A DNA stretch of 64,000 nucleotides from Nymphaea colorata (GCF_008831285.2 NC_045138.2:12338001-12402000); one strand, 5' to 3'. Counted from the stretch's first letter, positions 11,901-25,189 are shown. Numbers and translations: made by a program. The notes: generated by a model from the sequence alone, not told the origin.

Positions 11901-12193
11901 TTTTCCCCAAAATGTTTCACATTCTCAAATAATTCTTCAAGAACCTCTTCGAAAGTTTGAAACATCAAAATTTCAATATTTTTCTACACTGCATATAGAA
12001 AAAAGAAAAAAAAAGATGTTTAAGCCAAAATGAAATGCACCAATAATAGACATATCCTTTAGATTGATTACCCCCGGTAAAGGCACCAGGAACGGTTAAT
12101 CGTCGTACCGACGGACGAGTCCCTTTCTCTCTCATTTTCAAAACAACTATTTTTTTGAGCACTCCAAAACCAAAAATTTTGAGGATGCGAACA
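8901..12193 (+). repeat. 3' LTR (3293 bp) of the Ogre-like element
   Basis: Starts TGTAATCACCCCAAATTTT and ends AAAATTTTGAGGATGCGAACA (imperfect inverted termini, TG...CA). Last 250 bp match 1-250. Confidence 0.9.
9943..9950 (+). promoter_or_regulatory. Putative LTR TATA box
   Basis: TATAAATA in CTCTATAAATACCC, downstream of a CpG-rich block and upstream of a CT-rich leader. Confidence 0.55.
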
Positions 12194-14785
12194 TCCACCC
12201 CAATAAGTTGGTCTAGCCATTGGCTGCTCTTCAGGGCTACTGCGTAGAGGGATAATGTCACCATGATGGCTAGGATATGTAGGGTTAGACAACTTACAAA
12301 ACATGACATGCACAAATAGAGAGCTCTAATGTAATGGGGGCCTAAAATGGAGATTAAAATCAGAAAAGGGGACAAGTTATGTAAGCATCAATAGGGGCCT
12401 AAAATAACTCCCAAACTGAGAGGGAATTTATGTAACCCAAGTTATGTAAGCATGGATGATTATCTCTCAATTATTGGTCCTAATGCATATAAGAAATGTA
12501 CTTATTATTATATGAGGCACCTAGAAGGCTGTATGGCTTGGACGATACTCAGAACTTAGACATTTAGAGCACATGCTCTAGTAAAGACAAAGACAAGTCT
12601 TACCACGGTCATCACATTTATTTACATGAATGTTTTTTAACTTTGTATATAGACTACTCAGAATGGGGAAAAAACAAATATATGTACTTGCCATTGTTCT
12701 CTCATGTGGGAATTTGAGAGACTGGACCCAACTTGTCAGTACAACGTTTGACTATTCTTCACACACTTAGCAAGGTCATTAGACCAAAATTACACGTGGT
12801 ATTCTAGATCTTAAGAACTATTTGTTGTGCTATTCTTAAATGCATGACAAGCAAACATGCCTTGAATTTTGAAAAGGTGCTTGTTTTGAAATAAAAATGA
12901 ATCATTAGGGATAGGATTGTGAACCAGGAAAACTCAAACTAAGACTTGGTTCATATTTAGCTCATCATTGATCAGTTCAACCGAGCCTAAGCTTGCATGT
13001 ATGCATGCAACTAGATTGGAGATCTGAGAGGCAACTACTTTTTAGGCACTCTTGATTAAGCTCATGGATTCACATTGTCATGATTGATCCTAGTCAAAGA
13101 CTTGGGATGGATTCATTAGGTTTTTAGTGTTGCAGTCTTTAATACTATGTCTACATTACGCATTGGAGTGGGTTTCTAGGGGTATGTTAAAGATACCTAA
13201 TTCTATGTCTTAGGAATTCAATATAGGGTTATAGGGCCACCTAGGCTAAACCCTAGTAGACATACAATCCACCATAAGATGAGTCATTTTCATTATGTGG
13301 GTATTTCCAAGACTAGTGACTAGAGAATTAGAGTATTTCGTACAGATTGCTTCATCCGGTCTATAAGGTGTTGGCATTGTAGGTCCCACTCAAACATGAT
13401 GCCCTTCCTACAGAGCTGGTTAAATGGTTTGCATCTAAGAGCTAGGCTAGAAATAAATCTTCCTGCTTGTGTCCCCTATTGTAGACTATGCAATTCCTTT
13501 ATATTGGTTGGGGCTGGAATGACAATAATGGCCTTTACTTTTGTTGAATCTACCTCACTCCCCTTGAAAGGAGAGGAAGGCATAACTGACCTTCATGACT
13601 TAGCCTAGAGAGAGGAAAGCAGACCTTGTCTAGGAAAAGATGAAATGGCCTATACTAAAGCATGGTTAAGGAATTAAACTATCCAAAGTACAGAAATTAC
13701 ACTACCCCAAGGCAGAAGGAAAACTTGTGCTAAACATGTTATGCATGAAAATACCTTAGGAATGCCTCTAAGAAAGTAGAAAAAAAAAACAAAAGGAAAA
13801 AAATTACCTTACCAGCTGACTGGACTAGACTTGGACATCAACCCCAACCTGACTCACTTAGGCCTTCCTTCGTTAGAAGACTTGGTTAAGCGCTGCTACA
13901 ACGCCTAGGGTAGACTTAAAGGGAAGATAGTTTTGGCTTAAAGTGCTTTTTTACTAGAGACCAAGCAAGTACACCACTAGGGGAAGAGTTTTCTCCACTT
14001 GCTTCCCTATTTTCTAGGTGTAAAGTGCCATGGAATTTGGTGCCTTGGCCTTTATCCAAATTTGCCTGTTTTTGGCTCTTAAGGGAAGTAAAAACTTCAT
14101 AACAACAGATATGGGACTAAACTTTAATGCTTAAACCCCTCCTTCTCCTCCTTTTGACATTTTGTATATGATTATGTATGGAAACAAGATTTGAGGCTTG
14201 AAAATTGATCTATACAAATAGTAGAAGAGTTTTACAAAGTCTATCGACTATGCACAAATGAGAGAAATTGGGGAGAATATAGTGCAGAAACCATAGTATG
14301 TATGACTTATAATGCTCATATAATTGGCAGCATGAATGAATGTTTGGACTCAATGTATTTAGACCTTGGATTGAGATCTGAATCTGAGATCTATGGCATG
14401 ATTTGGATCTGGAAAAACTTCTAGAGGGTTGATCTTGGATTACGATAATCAATATGGATCGGACACCTGAAGTGAATATAGAATTTGATATAAAGATTTG
14501 AATTGAAGATCTAGAAATAGATTTGTCCTAGCCAGGCTCAACTAGAGTTGGGTTCAGACATATTGAGTTCAAAGTACCCTAGGCTAAGTCGGGTTCTGGG
14601 TTCAGTCTAGACTGGGATAGACACAAGATTCTACTGAGCAGGTCAGCCTGGATCAATTCTAAGTCCCTAAGTTAATGCATGACCTCTATTTAAGTGCATA
14701 AAAAATAATACTTAGGTTTATGTAGAAAAAATGCATTCATTAAAAATGGACAATTTATCATTAGCACAAAAATTGGGTTCTATCT
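12194..14785 (-). mobile_element. Older degenerate LTR-retrotransposon remnant, likely the host of the Ogre insertion
   Basis: Contains a minus-strand pol fragment and an LTR-terminus-like AAAAATTGGGTTCTA near 14768-14782. The reverse complement of 13800-13865 resembles 63441-63505. Boundaries uncertain. Confidence 0.5.
13295..13562 (-). pseudogene. Tat/Ogre pol fragment (RT-RNase H connection)
   Basis: Minus-strand translation EVDSTKVKAIIVIPAPTNIKELHSLQ*...RFISSLALRCKPFNQLCRKGIMFEWDLQCQ, homologous to about 6315-6580. Confidence 0.85.
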
Positions 14786-16129
14786 GTCATGTGGGCAGAC
14801 TAACCACACCCCATTATGAATTAGGTGAAGTTGTAGGCATATGTCAAATTCCAAGTCAAAATTCCATCGTTTGACTATTAAAAAAATGCTTCCTTTTAAA
14901 TCACTCACATGTAAATGACTTATTTTAGAGTGATCACGAAAGGCAATATGGCAAAACATGCTTTAGGGCATGCCAGCGCAAACTGAACATAGAAATACTC
15001 TGGTGAAGTGTATTTGATTGCAAATCAGTGAAGAAACTAGAAAGGGGACATTAGGATTGATCAAAAGTTGAGCTGCTCACTGACTGACATGTTTGGAACT
15101 AGACACTTTTAGTAAATCAATGGAAAGACAATTGAGCTCCATCTAGGATGAGTGAGCTTGAACTGAGCTAAAAACGTAGGTCCAGCATTGAAAAATGCGA
15201 TCACAGCTTTGTGTGAGCTCAGAGAGAGAGAGAGATCACCCAAAACTCAACTCAACTTTACAAATAAACTTCCACCTCCAACAAGAAGTTGGAGGAGAAC
15301 AAAGGCCCAATCAAAAGATTGGGGGGATATGTTAAGCACAAAGCAAAAGAAGCTAAAATTTAACAACCCGAAACATGAGCCATTGAGCACACCAAAAGAG
15401 AACCAAGAAGAAAGGCCACAGTTAAGAAAGGAGCCCAGGAACCCAGCCACCAAGCAACCAAAACACACACACACAGAGTTCTACATAAAGATTGAATTTA
15501 TAATTATTTGAAAATGTGATCTTAATGATTTCCTTTTGCTCATTATCTTGATTAACATACAATGCATATCGAAGAAATTCTTCAAAAATGGATGACCGAC
15601 ATTTTTGGAAAAAAAGTTTATTTACGGAACAATAATCAATTTTCAGAGAAGAAATTTTACTCTCTCTCTCTCTCTCTCCCGCCCCACACCCCCCCACCCC
15701 CCCCACCCCATCTCAGCGAACATGTCTCCTGATTCCTTTCTTTAGTTTTTTAGCTAGTTTGGATGAATTAAGTTTAGTAGAAAATTTAGCTTCCAAAATA
15801 CTTCTATTCCTCAACTGTAGTTAGTTTTCATAATCTGAATATACGGCTTCTTATGCTTTTCTTCACCTAACATGTATATGCATCTAGTTGCATATGTTGT
15901 GTGCAAGTGTGTACAATGGTGAATTTGATGTACTTGGCTAAAAGGCTGGTTTTAAGATGCTCAAAGTAAAGGATGTAGGAAGTTTAATAATTGAGGTGTT
16001 TAGGCAGAAGAGAAAACCAATCTAGCACGAGAGAGAAAGACGGGAGTACCGAAAGAGAGAGCAGGGGGAGGTGTCACATTTACTTTTAAAGGATCGAGTT
16101 CCGCTCACCAAGGTCGTGCATGCAACAGA

Positions 16130-16341
16130 TATGCACCAAAAAAAAAAAGGGAGGAGGGAGTTTGGGTATTTTGATCACGTTTGAAAAGGAAGTATCATAT
16201 CTTCTTGCGAGTTTTATCTTTTTCACTACTTTCTTTTGCCTTTATAGGAAGTTTCCTTTTTTACTGGTAAGAGGTATTCTGGCCACCACATACTTCCGTT
16301 CATATCTTCTTTTGTGCACATTGGTGTGCACATAACCAGCC
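16130..16341 (-). repeat. Copy of a dispersed non-autonomous repeat family (related copies about 48262-48440, 52036-52170, 54905-55400)
   Basis: Shared GGTTATGTGCACA-type end and shared A-rich body (…AAAAGT(C/T)TAAAATG…TTTAT…AAATATACC). Confidence 0.45.
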
Positions 16342-17256
16342 TGCTTTAATATGCGTATTACGCGTTAAGTAAAGGAACGGGTATCGTATTCAGGTTGCTT
16401 TAAAAATATGTCACCGAGTTTCATACCGAGATCTCCTTAATTGCTCAAGGATGTTATTCATCTTACAATTGGGAACCAGCTTTGCTTGTTTGTCGATTAA
16501 TGCCCCTTAATTAATCAAACCATAACTTGCTAATAAATGGGTATCTTACCATAGCAAATTTCCAATACATAGCCGAATTAGAACGATAGTCTTATGAATG
16601 ACGACGATGATGATGATAGTTAATGAACACTAACGTTCATGAATGATGATGGCTATGACGGGTGACGAGAGTAAATGAAAAAGGACATTGTAGACTCTTT
16701 ACAGGCCTTCGTCAAAATGTAGGGATGGAGGCTCATTACACTCATTATCTAAAATTTTGAGCGAATTCTCTGATCTCCCGGAATTGTAACTTCAAGGAGA
16801 TGACGGGAGACTGCCCTTTTCTTTTCCTTTTTTAATATGAGAGCTCTAGGTATGTCCAGGCATTGCCTTGTTCAAAAAAATTTAAACCGGGATGGGCTTG
16901 TGTGCCAAAGTCAAGGTAACAATTAGGAAATTAACTTTGCTTTAAATTTCAGGCAGTAGGTCCTTTCTTTGACACCTTTCCTGTTCTCCTTTTGCGACCT
17001 ACTTACCGCTTATATTAATGCTCATTCAATGTTCGATCATGATGATTTTTTTATCTTTTTTTTTAGTTTTTCCATGTATTATGACACCATTAAAAATTTA
17101 CTTTTCTTAGTTTTCCCCTTCTAAATTTCAATTAGTTGATAGCTTTTACTGAGATTTTCTAATTATAAAGAGTCCTTTTTTGTCAGCATCCCGGCCGGGT
17201 TTAGCCAGACTTCTGTCAGATTAGGCTAAGAATTCCTTGCAGGTAACTGTGATTAA

Positions 17257-17456
17257 GGGGGAGTTTGGTGGTTTGAAATTGTGGTTTAAGAATCAAAATT
17301 CCATAATCATAATTCTTCCTTAAACTGAAATGGAATCAAAATTCCAAGATTTAGTTTCTTAATTCTGAAAACAAAATACCCCATTTGTTTAATAATTTCA
17401 ATTTTTAAAAAAATGAGCGTTTTGATTCTAAAAGTTCAAGGTATATCAAACATCCT
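17257..17456. mobile_element. Tourist-like (PIF/Harbinger) MITE
   Basis: TAA|GGGGGAGTTTGG...TCAAACATCCT|TAA: imperfect TIRs with TAA TSD. Confidence 0.6.
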
Positions 17457-17578
17457 TAAGGTAAAACCACCAAACTGATTACGAAGAAATTGTATCTGAA
17501 GTTAAAATTGAATTCATGATTATCCATGTTAATTCCACGGTCAAGTTATAGTGAAACTAACTTCAACTAACCAGTAAA

Positions 17579-17710
17579 GGTCATTTGGCAGCAAGAACAC
17601 TCCAAATCTGTCTCAAATATTCGAATAGATTTTTGAAACACTACAACTGCTCTAATATATATTTGAATCAGATTTGTTAGACACTGAATGTCCTTGCTAC
17701 CTAACGACCC
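17579..17710. mobile_element. Small Tourist-like MITE
   Basis: Inverted ends GGTCATTTGGCAGCAAGAACA / TGTCCTTGCTACCTAACGACC. Confidence 0.5.
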
Positions 17711-18252
17711 GTATGTACCAAAAGTCTATCAAGGAAATAAATTTCATTTCAGTTCTTTATCAATATATATTGGCAAGAGCGTCACTGGTCGGTGCCTAAG
17801 TGGGCCAGCAGACGGGCGGACGCTCGATCCTCCCCGGTGGACGGTTCAAATTTAGTTCATTTTGATATATTTATATTTTTGCAAGGAGAAACGGAGATGG
17901 AGGACTTAATTTGCTGATTGAAGAAACGATTTTGTGGTTCATTTCCGATCCGCAAAGTAGCCTTTATGGTACTAATGATGTGATATTAGCTTCTTTGACT
18001 TTTAAATATTTTATATAAAAGTGGTAACATTTTACTTTAATTTTGAAAAGTTGTCTTTTCCCACTTTGAACTGAAATTTTAGCTTTTAGAGCATGTTTTT
18101 CATTTTTCATTTTCATTTCCACTTTTATCTTTTCTTTCTTCCCTCGTTTTTCTATTGCCAAGTAGCTGAGGTTAGGCAGATAGACGTGCAGCAGCTAAGA
18201 GATACATCTTGTTTTGAAGCTTCGAAAACTGTAGATCTCCTTATCTTGTCAT

Positions 18253-18682
18253 TAGGGATGTTAGTGGATTGAATTCAAAGAAAATATACTCTTATCCACA
18301 TCCACTTTTTTGAATATTTGAATTCAGATTTGAATACCAATAAGGAAAATTCATCTCTGAATCTGAATTCAAAATATGATTTCGCGATGAGTCTGATTTT
18401 TACAATCATATCTGAATCTGAGTTCGAATTTTGAACCGAAATCTGATTCATTTACAAAATATAAGAACATATGTATGGAATATCTATTTAAAATAAATCC
18501 AATCCAAATCTAAATCTAAACTCGATCAAATATTTATGTACATCCAAATCCAAATCCAATCAAATATCATTTCTTAAATCTAAATCCAATCTAATTTCTT
18601 AATCAGATTTTTTTTTTTCATATCCGATTTTTCAAAACAGTTCGGTCAGATATTCAATTCAAGTCGCATATAAACATCCCAA
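18253..18682. mobile_element. hAT-type MITE
   Basis: TIRs TAGGGATGT / ACATCCCAA, internal AATC(C/T)(A/G)A repeats, degraded 8-bp TSD (CTTGTCAT/TTTATCAC). Confidence 0.6.
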
Positions 18683-19856
18683 TTTATCACAGTTGATGGC
18701 GCTCCTGTTGGGAAGCGTAAACAGATCTACTTCGTCATGCCTTAAATTAGATCTAACTAGCACACATTAATTGATTAATGTATATATATTTGATCAAAAT
18801 GGTCTTCTGATTTCAAAAGGATTGAACATTTTCAAAAAGTCCTCAATATCAGAGGGAAGTTAAAGTCGCCCAACATTAATTCCTGCAATTGATAAAGAAC
18901 ACAGCGAATTTTAAAATCAAGTTATATAATATTATATATATATATATGGATTTCTCTTTTTTAAAGCGCTCTATTTCAAGCACAAGATTGGCATTTATTG
19001 AAATGAAAAGAGTTCGCATTGTCTCTCCTTTTTCTGAAAAGAAATGGACCTTCCCTGTGGATTTTCAAAAACTTATTGAGGAAGGGAGAAGGTTTTGGCA
19101 TTGTACGTTAGAGAGTGGGGGTTGCCGGAGAATGCGTTGGGGGCGACACGGGGGAGCTGACACATTGAACAGTTGCACCCCAAAATGTCCAGCCGCTGAC
19201 GCCCTACCAAATACTCTTAGTCAAGGACAAACTAGACCCTCACGCGTCACGCCTCACGGAGACGATGCGCTTCAGTGACTTGTTTTTAAAACAGTTTATT
19301 TCTTTAATTAGTTACCTGTACATGAAAAGATTAATGCATGAAGCGATGTTTGATGTAAAATGAGAAAATAAATATTATTAAACAATATTACGTTAACATA
19401 ATTCGGCAGAAAACAGCTTACACAAGAAAATACAGGCATGGACGTTTCTAGATGTTCTAGAAAAAATATGATATGTTCACCTAATTAATTAATTATATCT
19501 ACTTGTAACATTTCAAAAAAAGTTATTGAAGTTTGTGAGATACTTTGAAGGACCTGTAAATGAGATATTTAAATGATTGATCCTAATTGTTAACCTTTTT
19601 TTGCTAGAATCAAATTTGGTTCCGATGGGTTTCAATCTATTAGATCAAATTTTGTTGGGATGGGTTAAAAGTTTAACCAAATCTGTTAAAAGTTTAGTTA
19701 AGTATTAAAAATTATGAGATATCATTAAAGACTTACAATATGGCTATTTAAGTGATTGCTTATCTACATTCCTAACATTTTTTTTTTGGAAACGAAGACT
19801 TATAAAAGGTAGGTTACGATTCATCAAACCAGAGCCTACGCCCAATATAAGAGTAG

Positions 19857-19859
<3 letters not shown>

Positions 19860-19915
<56 letters not shown>
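19860..19915. repeat. (TA)n microsatellite
   Basis: Directly visible. Other TA/GA/CT runs at about 25138, 25802, 43474 and 44950. Confidence 0.95.
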
Positions 19916-19921
<6 letters not shown>

Positions 19922-20771
19922 AAACATGAAATAGTACTAAATGGATCAGTATGGCCTTATTGGTTAATGCATGTTTTCTCCATGTATATAAGCTCAAAAG
20001 TTTGTTGTTATAAATATGTTCCACATTTCTTTTATCAGATTTAGATGGAGAAATAATATGATAATGATAATTATAATGATACGACGTCGATGGTGACATG
20101 ACATGATGGATGGGTTGGAAGAGAGATATGATTGACATATACATGTAGCCGCTGATCAGATGTGGTACTTGACGGTGCAGCCGACACCTTCGAAACCCAA
20201 AGCTCTTGAACCAACGCAGTTGCTGGAATGCTTGTTTGCCCTGCCCTCCTTCTATCCCTAATAATCCAGCACTCCAGGTTTATATATATATATATATAAA
20301 TAAAATAATGTCTCTCTAAGGCCCTCAACTACGAAGTTATTTTCAAATTGCCATTCGCTCAACGGGCACCTTGGCTTTTCAAATTTTCAAATTTAGAGAA
20401 TTAATGATATAAATTCAGCAGCGCTAGCTGATTTGAATTAATTTCTCATAAACATGGTCAAAATAAGTGTGCGGAAAGAACTTTAATTTTCTTGTATGAC
20501 CATTTCTCTTATTTGAATGAACATGGAGAAAGAGTTGAGGGGAGAGAGAGAGAGCAGATGAAGTAAGTTAAAATGATTTAGGAAGTATGTGGAGAAGCAA
20601 ATAAATACGCAGTCCTTGTTTTGAGAACCTATTAAGTTCCCAATTCAATACTGCAAGCAGTGGCTGCATGCCGATTAGCAAGTAATTACAGATAACACAA
20701 CGGAGATTAATTTCATTACATCACTGGGAGATACATACGTATGCAGGCATGCATGTGCTTGCACATACCCA

Positions 20772-20981
20772 CAGGGGTGGAGGAGCCAGAATTTTTCTCT
20801 TGGGGGCTGAACTGTCATGAGATTTATTGAATATACTTTTTGGAAAGTTTTCACAAGGGTCAGTGCCTGTTCTTCAAAAGTTTTGTGGACACCAAACTCA
20901 TATTTTGAAAAGTTTAATGGGTGAATTTTAATTTTCCAAAGTATGAGCAGTGTCCATGGCCCCCTGCCAGCCCCCACTTGT
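20772..20981. mobile_element. hAT-type MITE about 0.8-1.0 kb upstream of the WIP start codon
   Basis: Left end CAGGGGTGGAGGAGCCAGAATTTT (hAT-MITE CAGGGGCGGAGCC type), right end GCCCCCACTTG, near-TSD CATACCCA/CATAGGCA. Confidence 0.55.
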
Positions 20982-21589
20982 CATAGGCACACATACACTC
21001 ACGTCTTCCTTATGTGCAGCTTCTTTTGATTTAATTAATTACCGCATGGTGCCCTTGAATTGCATATGTTTTACAATGAATAAACATTTTATATATATAT
21101 ATATATATAATGCATTTGCCATGAATCATGAAGCCTTCATTGAGATAATGTGATTCAAAAGATTCGATTTACAAGTGAACCAAGAAAAAGAAAATGCTAG
21201 CCACAGTCATTTGCGTGCATACACAACCTTCTCTCTCTCTCTCTCTATCTCTATCTCTCTCTCTCTCTCTAAATTTAATGGATGCCATAAGTAGTAGGCA
21301 GTGGGTTTATACAAGATGAAAGCATAGGAGAATTAATGAGGGACCCGTGGGCTTGAAACAAGTACTCTCATTCATTGAGGGCACTATGGACATTGCCTGC
21401 CTACCAAACCACTTGTACATTCTCTTAATGACGGATGGCGTTTCAGGCAACCCCAAGGACCTCAAACCCCATCCCTCCAACCACCAGGACACAACCCATT
21501 TTATATTTGCCCAAATATTTTGCCAACCATCTGTGCATAAACCATAGCATGGGGGACAACTTCTAGCCCCACCCCCCTTCTCGGACTGT

Positions 21590-21771
21590 CTTCTCTCCCT
21601 CTCCCATCTCTCCCCTTCCCCATAAACTTCTCTCACTCTCTCTCTCTCTCTTATATTGGTTGCACATTAGCTGAAAAGCCCAAACTCTTCCCTTCTCTTC
21701 TCTTTCCTGATTTCTATCTCTGTCTAGCTACACTTCCTACATCTTCTGCTTAGCTCTTCCTGCCGCCCAAC
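21590..21771 (+). promoter_or_regulatory. CT-rich core promoter / 5' leader of the WIP gene
   Basis: Pyrimidine-rich (CT)n tracts directly upstream of ATG 21772. TSS not determinable. Confidence 0.45.
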
Positions 21772-22353
21772 ATGAATGATCCCTACTCCTACATGTACAG
21801 AGGATGGCTTAACTATAACTCCCTTCGCTATCATCACCGCCGCCAGCAACAGTCTGGCTACCCTCTTCTCACTTCTTCTTCTTTGTGTTACAATTATCAA
21901 TCTGCTGTCACTGTTGCAGAGGCACCAGAGTCCCCACCCCTCAGAGAAGCGCTTCCTTTGCTGAGCTTGAGCCCGAGGAAGGATGATGATGGGATGCAGA
22001 AAGTGCAGGATACGTCGTCTGTCGTGGATGAGGCGGACAAGGCGGGGGTGAAGAGCCTCTCCGGCAGCAATAATACTGTTGACGAGTGTGATGATGAGAC
22101 GGTGACGGTGGCCCTGCACATAGGATTGCCTCTGCCCAGCCATGGGGAGGCCGCCGACCTTCCCACGCAGGTGACCTCCTCCTCCTCTTCCTCCAACCCT
22201 GAAGCCGACAAGGATGAGGCTGGTGGGTACCCTGCAAACAGGCTGAACAAGGGTCAATACTGGATCCCCACTCCTTCTCAGATCTTGATTGGCCCTACTC
22301 AGTTTGCCTGCCCTGTCTGTTCCAAGACCTTCAACCGCTACAATAATATGCAG
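21772..22353 (+). CDS. WIP2: WIP-family C2H2 zinc-finger transcription factor (WIP2/NTT clade), exon 1
   Basis: Intact ORF with [25 protein letters not shown] and [32 protein letters not shown]. Phase-0 donor CAG|GT at 22354. Confidence 0.95.
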
Positions 22354-24488
22354 GTCATCATCTCTCCTTAGATCACTCTCTCTCTCTCTCTCATTCGGAT
22401 TTCTGATGCTTTGTCTGAGATCTTGTTATGATCCATATCTATATCAGGATTCCTTTCATAGATTTGGTGTTGGCAGATGATTTTTGGGCCATTTTTTATT
22501 TCAGTTTTTCGTGTTTCCACGTGTGATTTAGTTTTCAGGACGCGCTTTTCATGTTCTCTAGAATTCCTAGAAGGTTTTGGCCTTTTGAATATATGCCTTC
22601 GTTCGCTGTGCTTCCCTCTTCATTTACTTTTCTTTTATTCCGATAGTAGTGCCCAGATTATCATAAGCGGACTATGTTCTCAGATTGTCATTCAGGTGTT
22701 GAATTTCTTCTCTTTTGTTCTCAGTCCGGTAATTCATGTTAACAAACGTGAGCAATGTTGGTATGTTGATGAAAAAGATATACATCCATTTCATCTTTGT
22801 TCTCAGTTTTCTTGCACTCATGATCTTTTATTTTGTCTAGCATAAGAAACCTTGTCTTCTGTAACCCTCCATGTCTGGCCGTCGAGCTTCTCTTTTGTTT
22901 GGGTTGTGGGTTGCTACCGGTTTCAGATACCTCACAAAAAGAAAGAAAGAGAGAAGGAGAGAGAGAGTTGGAGAAATAAGTTTTGGTCAGCTTGATCACT
23001 TCCATATTTCTTAGCGTAAGGTTGCGAACAGACACATAGAGCTGATCCTTCTGAAGACAATAAGGTCTACTGATCCAGAACACACAGAGAGGTCAACTTT
23101 TACGCGACAGATGGTGTGTACGACTGAACAATCCATGAGTTTTGTTTCGTCTCGCTTTTGTACTACTGCTTGGAGGAACGTGCATTTGCAGAGTGTGTAA
23201 ATTGCCACTGAAAGTTTCCCCATGAGCTATTGCCAGGCTTCTGGATCCATGCTCAAACCGAAGATCTTCCTGCCATCAGACAACTATTTATTTAATTGAG
23301 AAAGCATTACTGTATCTCATTATGATCAGCACTTTCTCTTTCTAAAAGTAAAGCGGTAAACAGTCCTTCTCTCTCTCTCTCGTAAAATACCCCGCACCCC
23401 AGTATTTTTTGAAAAAAAAAAAAAGCTCCGGACACAGCATCGAATGTGTAGCATCATATTAGTTCAACGCCAATGTAGCTTAACATCTTGAAGCAGGGGG
23501 AATAGGGGGACTTTTGGAAGGAATGAACCTCTCACTCACCTGAAAATGTAATATCACATTGTATACGAAAAAGAGGAAATCTAAAATCGATGGTTTATGA
23601 TTCAAATGGCAGACACTCTTTGTTTATTACTTTTTACCTTCCTTTTAATTGCAGGAAATGTAAAGTAGATGCTAAAGGCTCATAAATTGACAATAAATTT
23701 GACGTGATGACGGCTCACCGTATTTGCAGTGAGAACACTAAGCACGGTTAATATTTAAGTGGTTTTTCAGCTATTCGAATGGCTTTCTTACTGATGAGTT
23801 GATTTAGCAATAAAAACTCGAAAGCAGGTGATCGTTTGGTTTCATTGCCTTCCTTTATTATAAGCTACTTCATTCATTGGTCATTATTTGTCATTACTGC
23901 CATTATGCATTTGATTCCATCAAACCTTCACTGAAGTTCATGGCCTTTACCTTTCTGGACAGCTGCTTTTGATCTTTCTCTCTCTCCTTCTTTTACTGTA
24001 TACACACGTGTGTGTGTGTTGTATCCACACAATGAGAGTGAGTGAGACAGAGAGAGAGAAAGGGTATTACTCAAGAAAGAAGCTCTAAGTTCATCGGCGT
24101 AAAATCCTGCATCGCCCTTTTCTGTTTGTGTACAGTCGAGTCTTTCCTCCCAGCCAAACATGTTGCAGACATTCGAGGCTATGACATCCTATCAATTTGT
24201 GATGTGCAGGGATCTGTGTGGGCAGCTGCCCGCACGATCCACAAAATTTCTTCATTTACATATGATGCTCTGAACAATTTGTTCGTTTGTATATATTGGT
24301 GCCACTAAGAATACAAAGTTATTTGAATCAGTGCCCCTCAACCCAGAATCTGCCACTGCTCTCTCTCATGTCTTTTAAGCATCACAGTTCTGTGCTGTAG
24401 GGCTCAACAATATTAAAGTTCCATGCAATTCTTTTTATGTTTTTCCTTCTGATCTCCACTAAAGAAATCAAGTTTTTCATATTGGCAG
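22354..24488 (+). other. Single 2135-bp phase-0 intron of the WIP gene
   Basis: GT...TTGGCAG. Splicing restores NNMQ|MHMWGH, the conserved WIP first zinc finger. Confidence 0.93.
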
Positions 24489-24923
24489 ATGCATATGTGG
24501 GGTCATGGATCTCAATACAGAAAAGGGCCGGAGTCTCTTAGGGGAACACAACCAACAGCCATGCTGAGGCTTCCTTGCTATTGCTGCTCTCCTGGGTGCA
24601 GGAACAACATCGATCATCCGAGAGCGAAGCCATTGAAGGACTTCAGGACCTTACAGACACACTACAAGAGGAAGCACGGGATCAAACCTTTCATGTGCAG
24701 GAAGTGTGGGAAGGCCTTTGCCGTGAGAGGGGACTGGAGAACGCATGAGAAGAACTGCGGGAAACTGTGGTACTGTGCATGTGGCTCCGACTTCAAGCAC
24801 AAACGCTCGCTCAAGGATCACATCAAGGCCTTCGGGAACGGCCATGCTGCTTATGGTATAGACATTTTTGAGGAGGAAGACGATCCTGCCTCTGAAATTG
24901 AGCAGGACGATGATTCTCAGTGA
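24489..24923 (+). CDS. WIP2: WIP-family C2H2 zinc-finger transcription factor (WIP2/NTT clade), exon 2; full protein 338 aa
   Basis: [19 protein letters not shown]...CYCC...[14 protein letters not shown]...[47 protein letters not shown], then an acidic tail and TGA. Confidence 0.96.
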   Translation: MHMWGHGSQYRKGPESLRGTQPTAMLRLPCYCCSPGCRNNIDHPRAKPLKDFRTLQTHYKRKHGIKPFMCRKCGKAFAVRGDWRTHEKNCGKLWYCACGSDFKHKRSLKDHIKAFGNGHAAYGIDIFEEEDDPASEIEQDDDSQ

Positions 24924-25137
24924 ACATCAGTTCGGCGGATGCTCGATCAGGTCTGTGTTGTTCAAACGCTTTGTAATTACTCAGATGTAGCGGTTTTCGT
25001 CTTCCCGTGTCCAAGTTGATTTGGCGTAGCTTTTCCTTCAGCTTAATTTGCGAAATGAGAGTCATGGTGAATGTTAATTTGTTCTAATCATAAGTGCATC
25101 TCTTTCCATCATTGCTTCTTGTGCAATGGACTACAAT

Positions 25138-25189
<52 letters not shown>

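Larger units (their letters stand above)
1..12193 (+). mobile_element. Ty3/gypsy LTR retrotransposon, Tat/Ogre lineage, decayed; 5' LTR truncated by the window edge
   Basis: Order seen: LTR end (250), PBS, extra ORF (PMD), gag, protease, RT, RNase H, second RNase H, integrase, tandem repeats, PPT, 3.3-kb LTR. An aRH between RH and INT, an extra 5' ORF and very long LTRs are Ogre hallmarks. Many stops and frameshifts. Confidence 0.93.

Noticed and set aside
21724..22257. Antisense ORFs over WIP exon 1
   Set aside because: Shadow frames of a GC-rich coding exon.
22354..22371. ORF-track extension VIISP* of WIP exon 1
   Set aside because: Read-through into the intron; the conserved zinc finger requires splicing at 22353.
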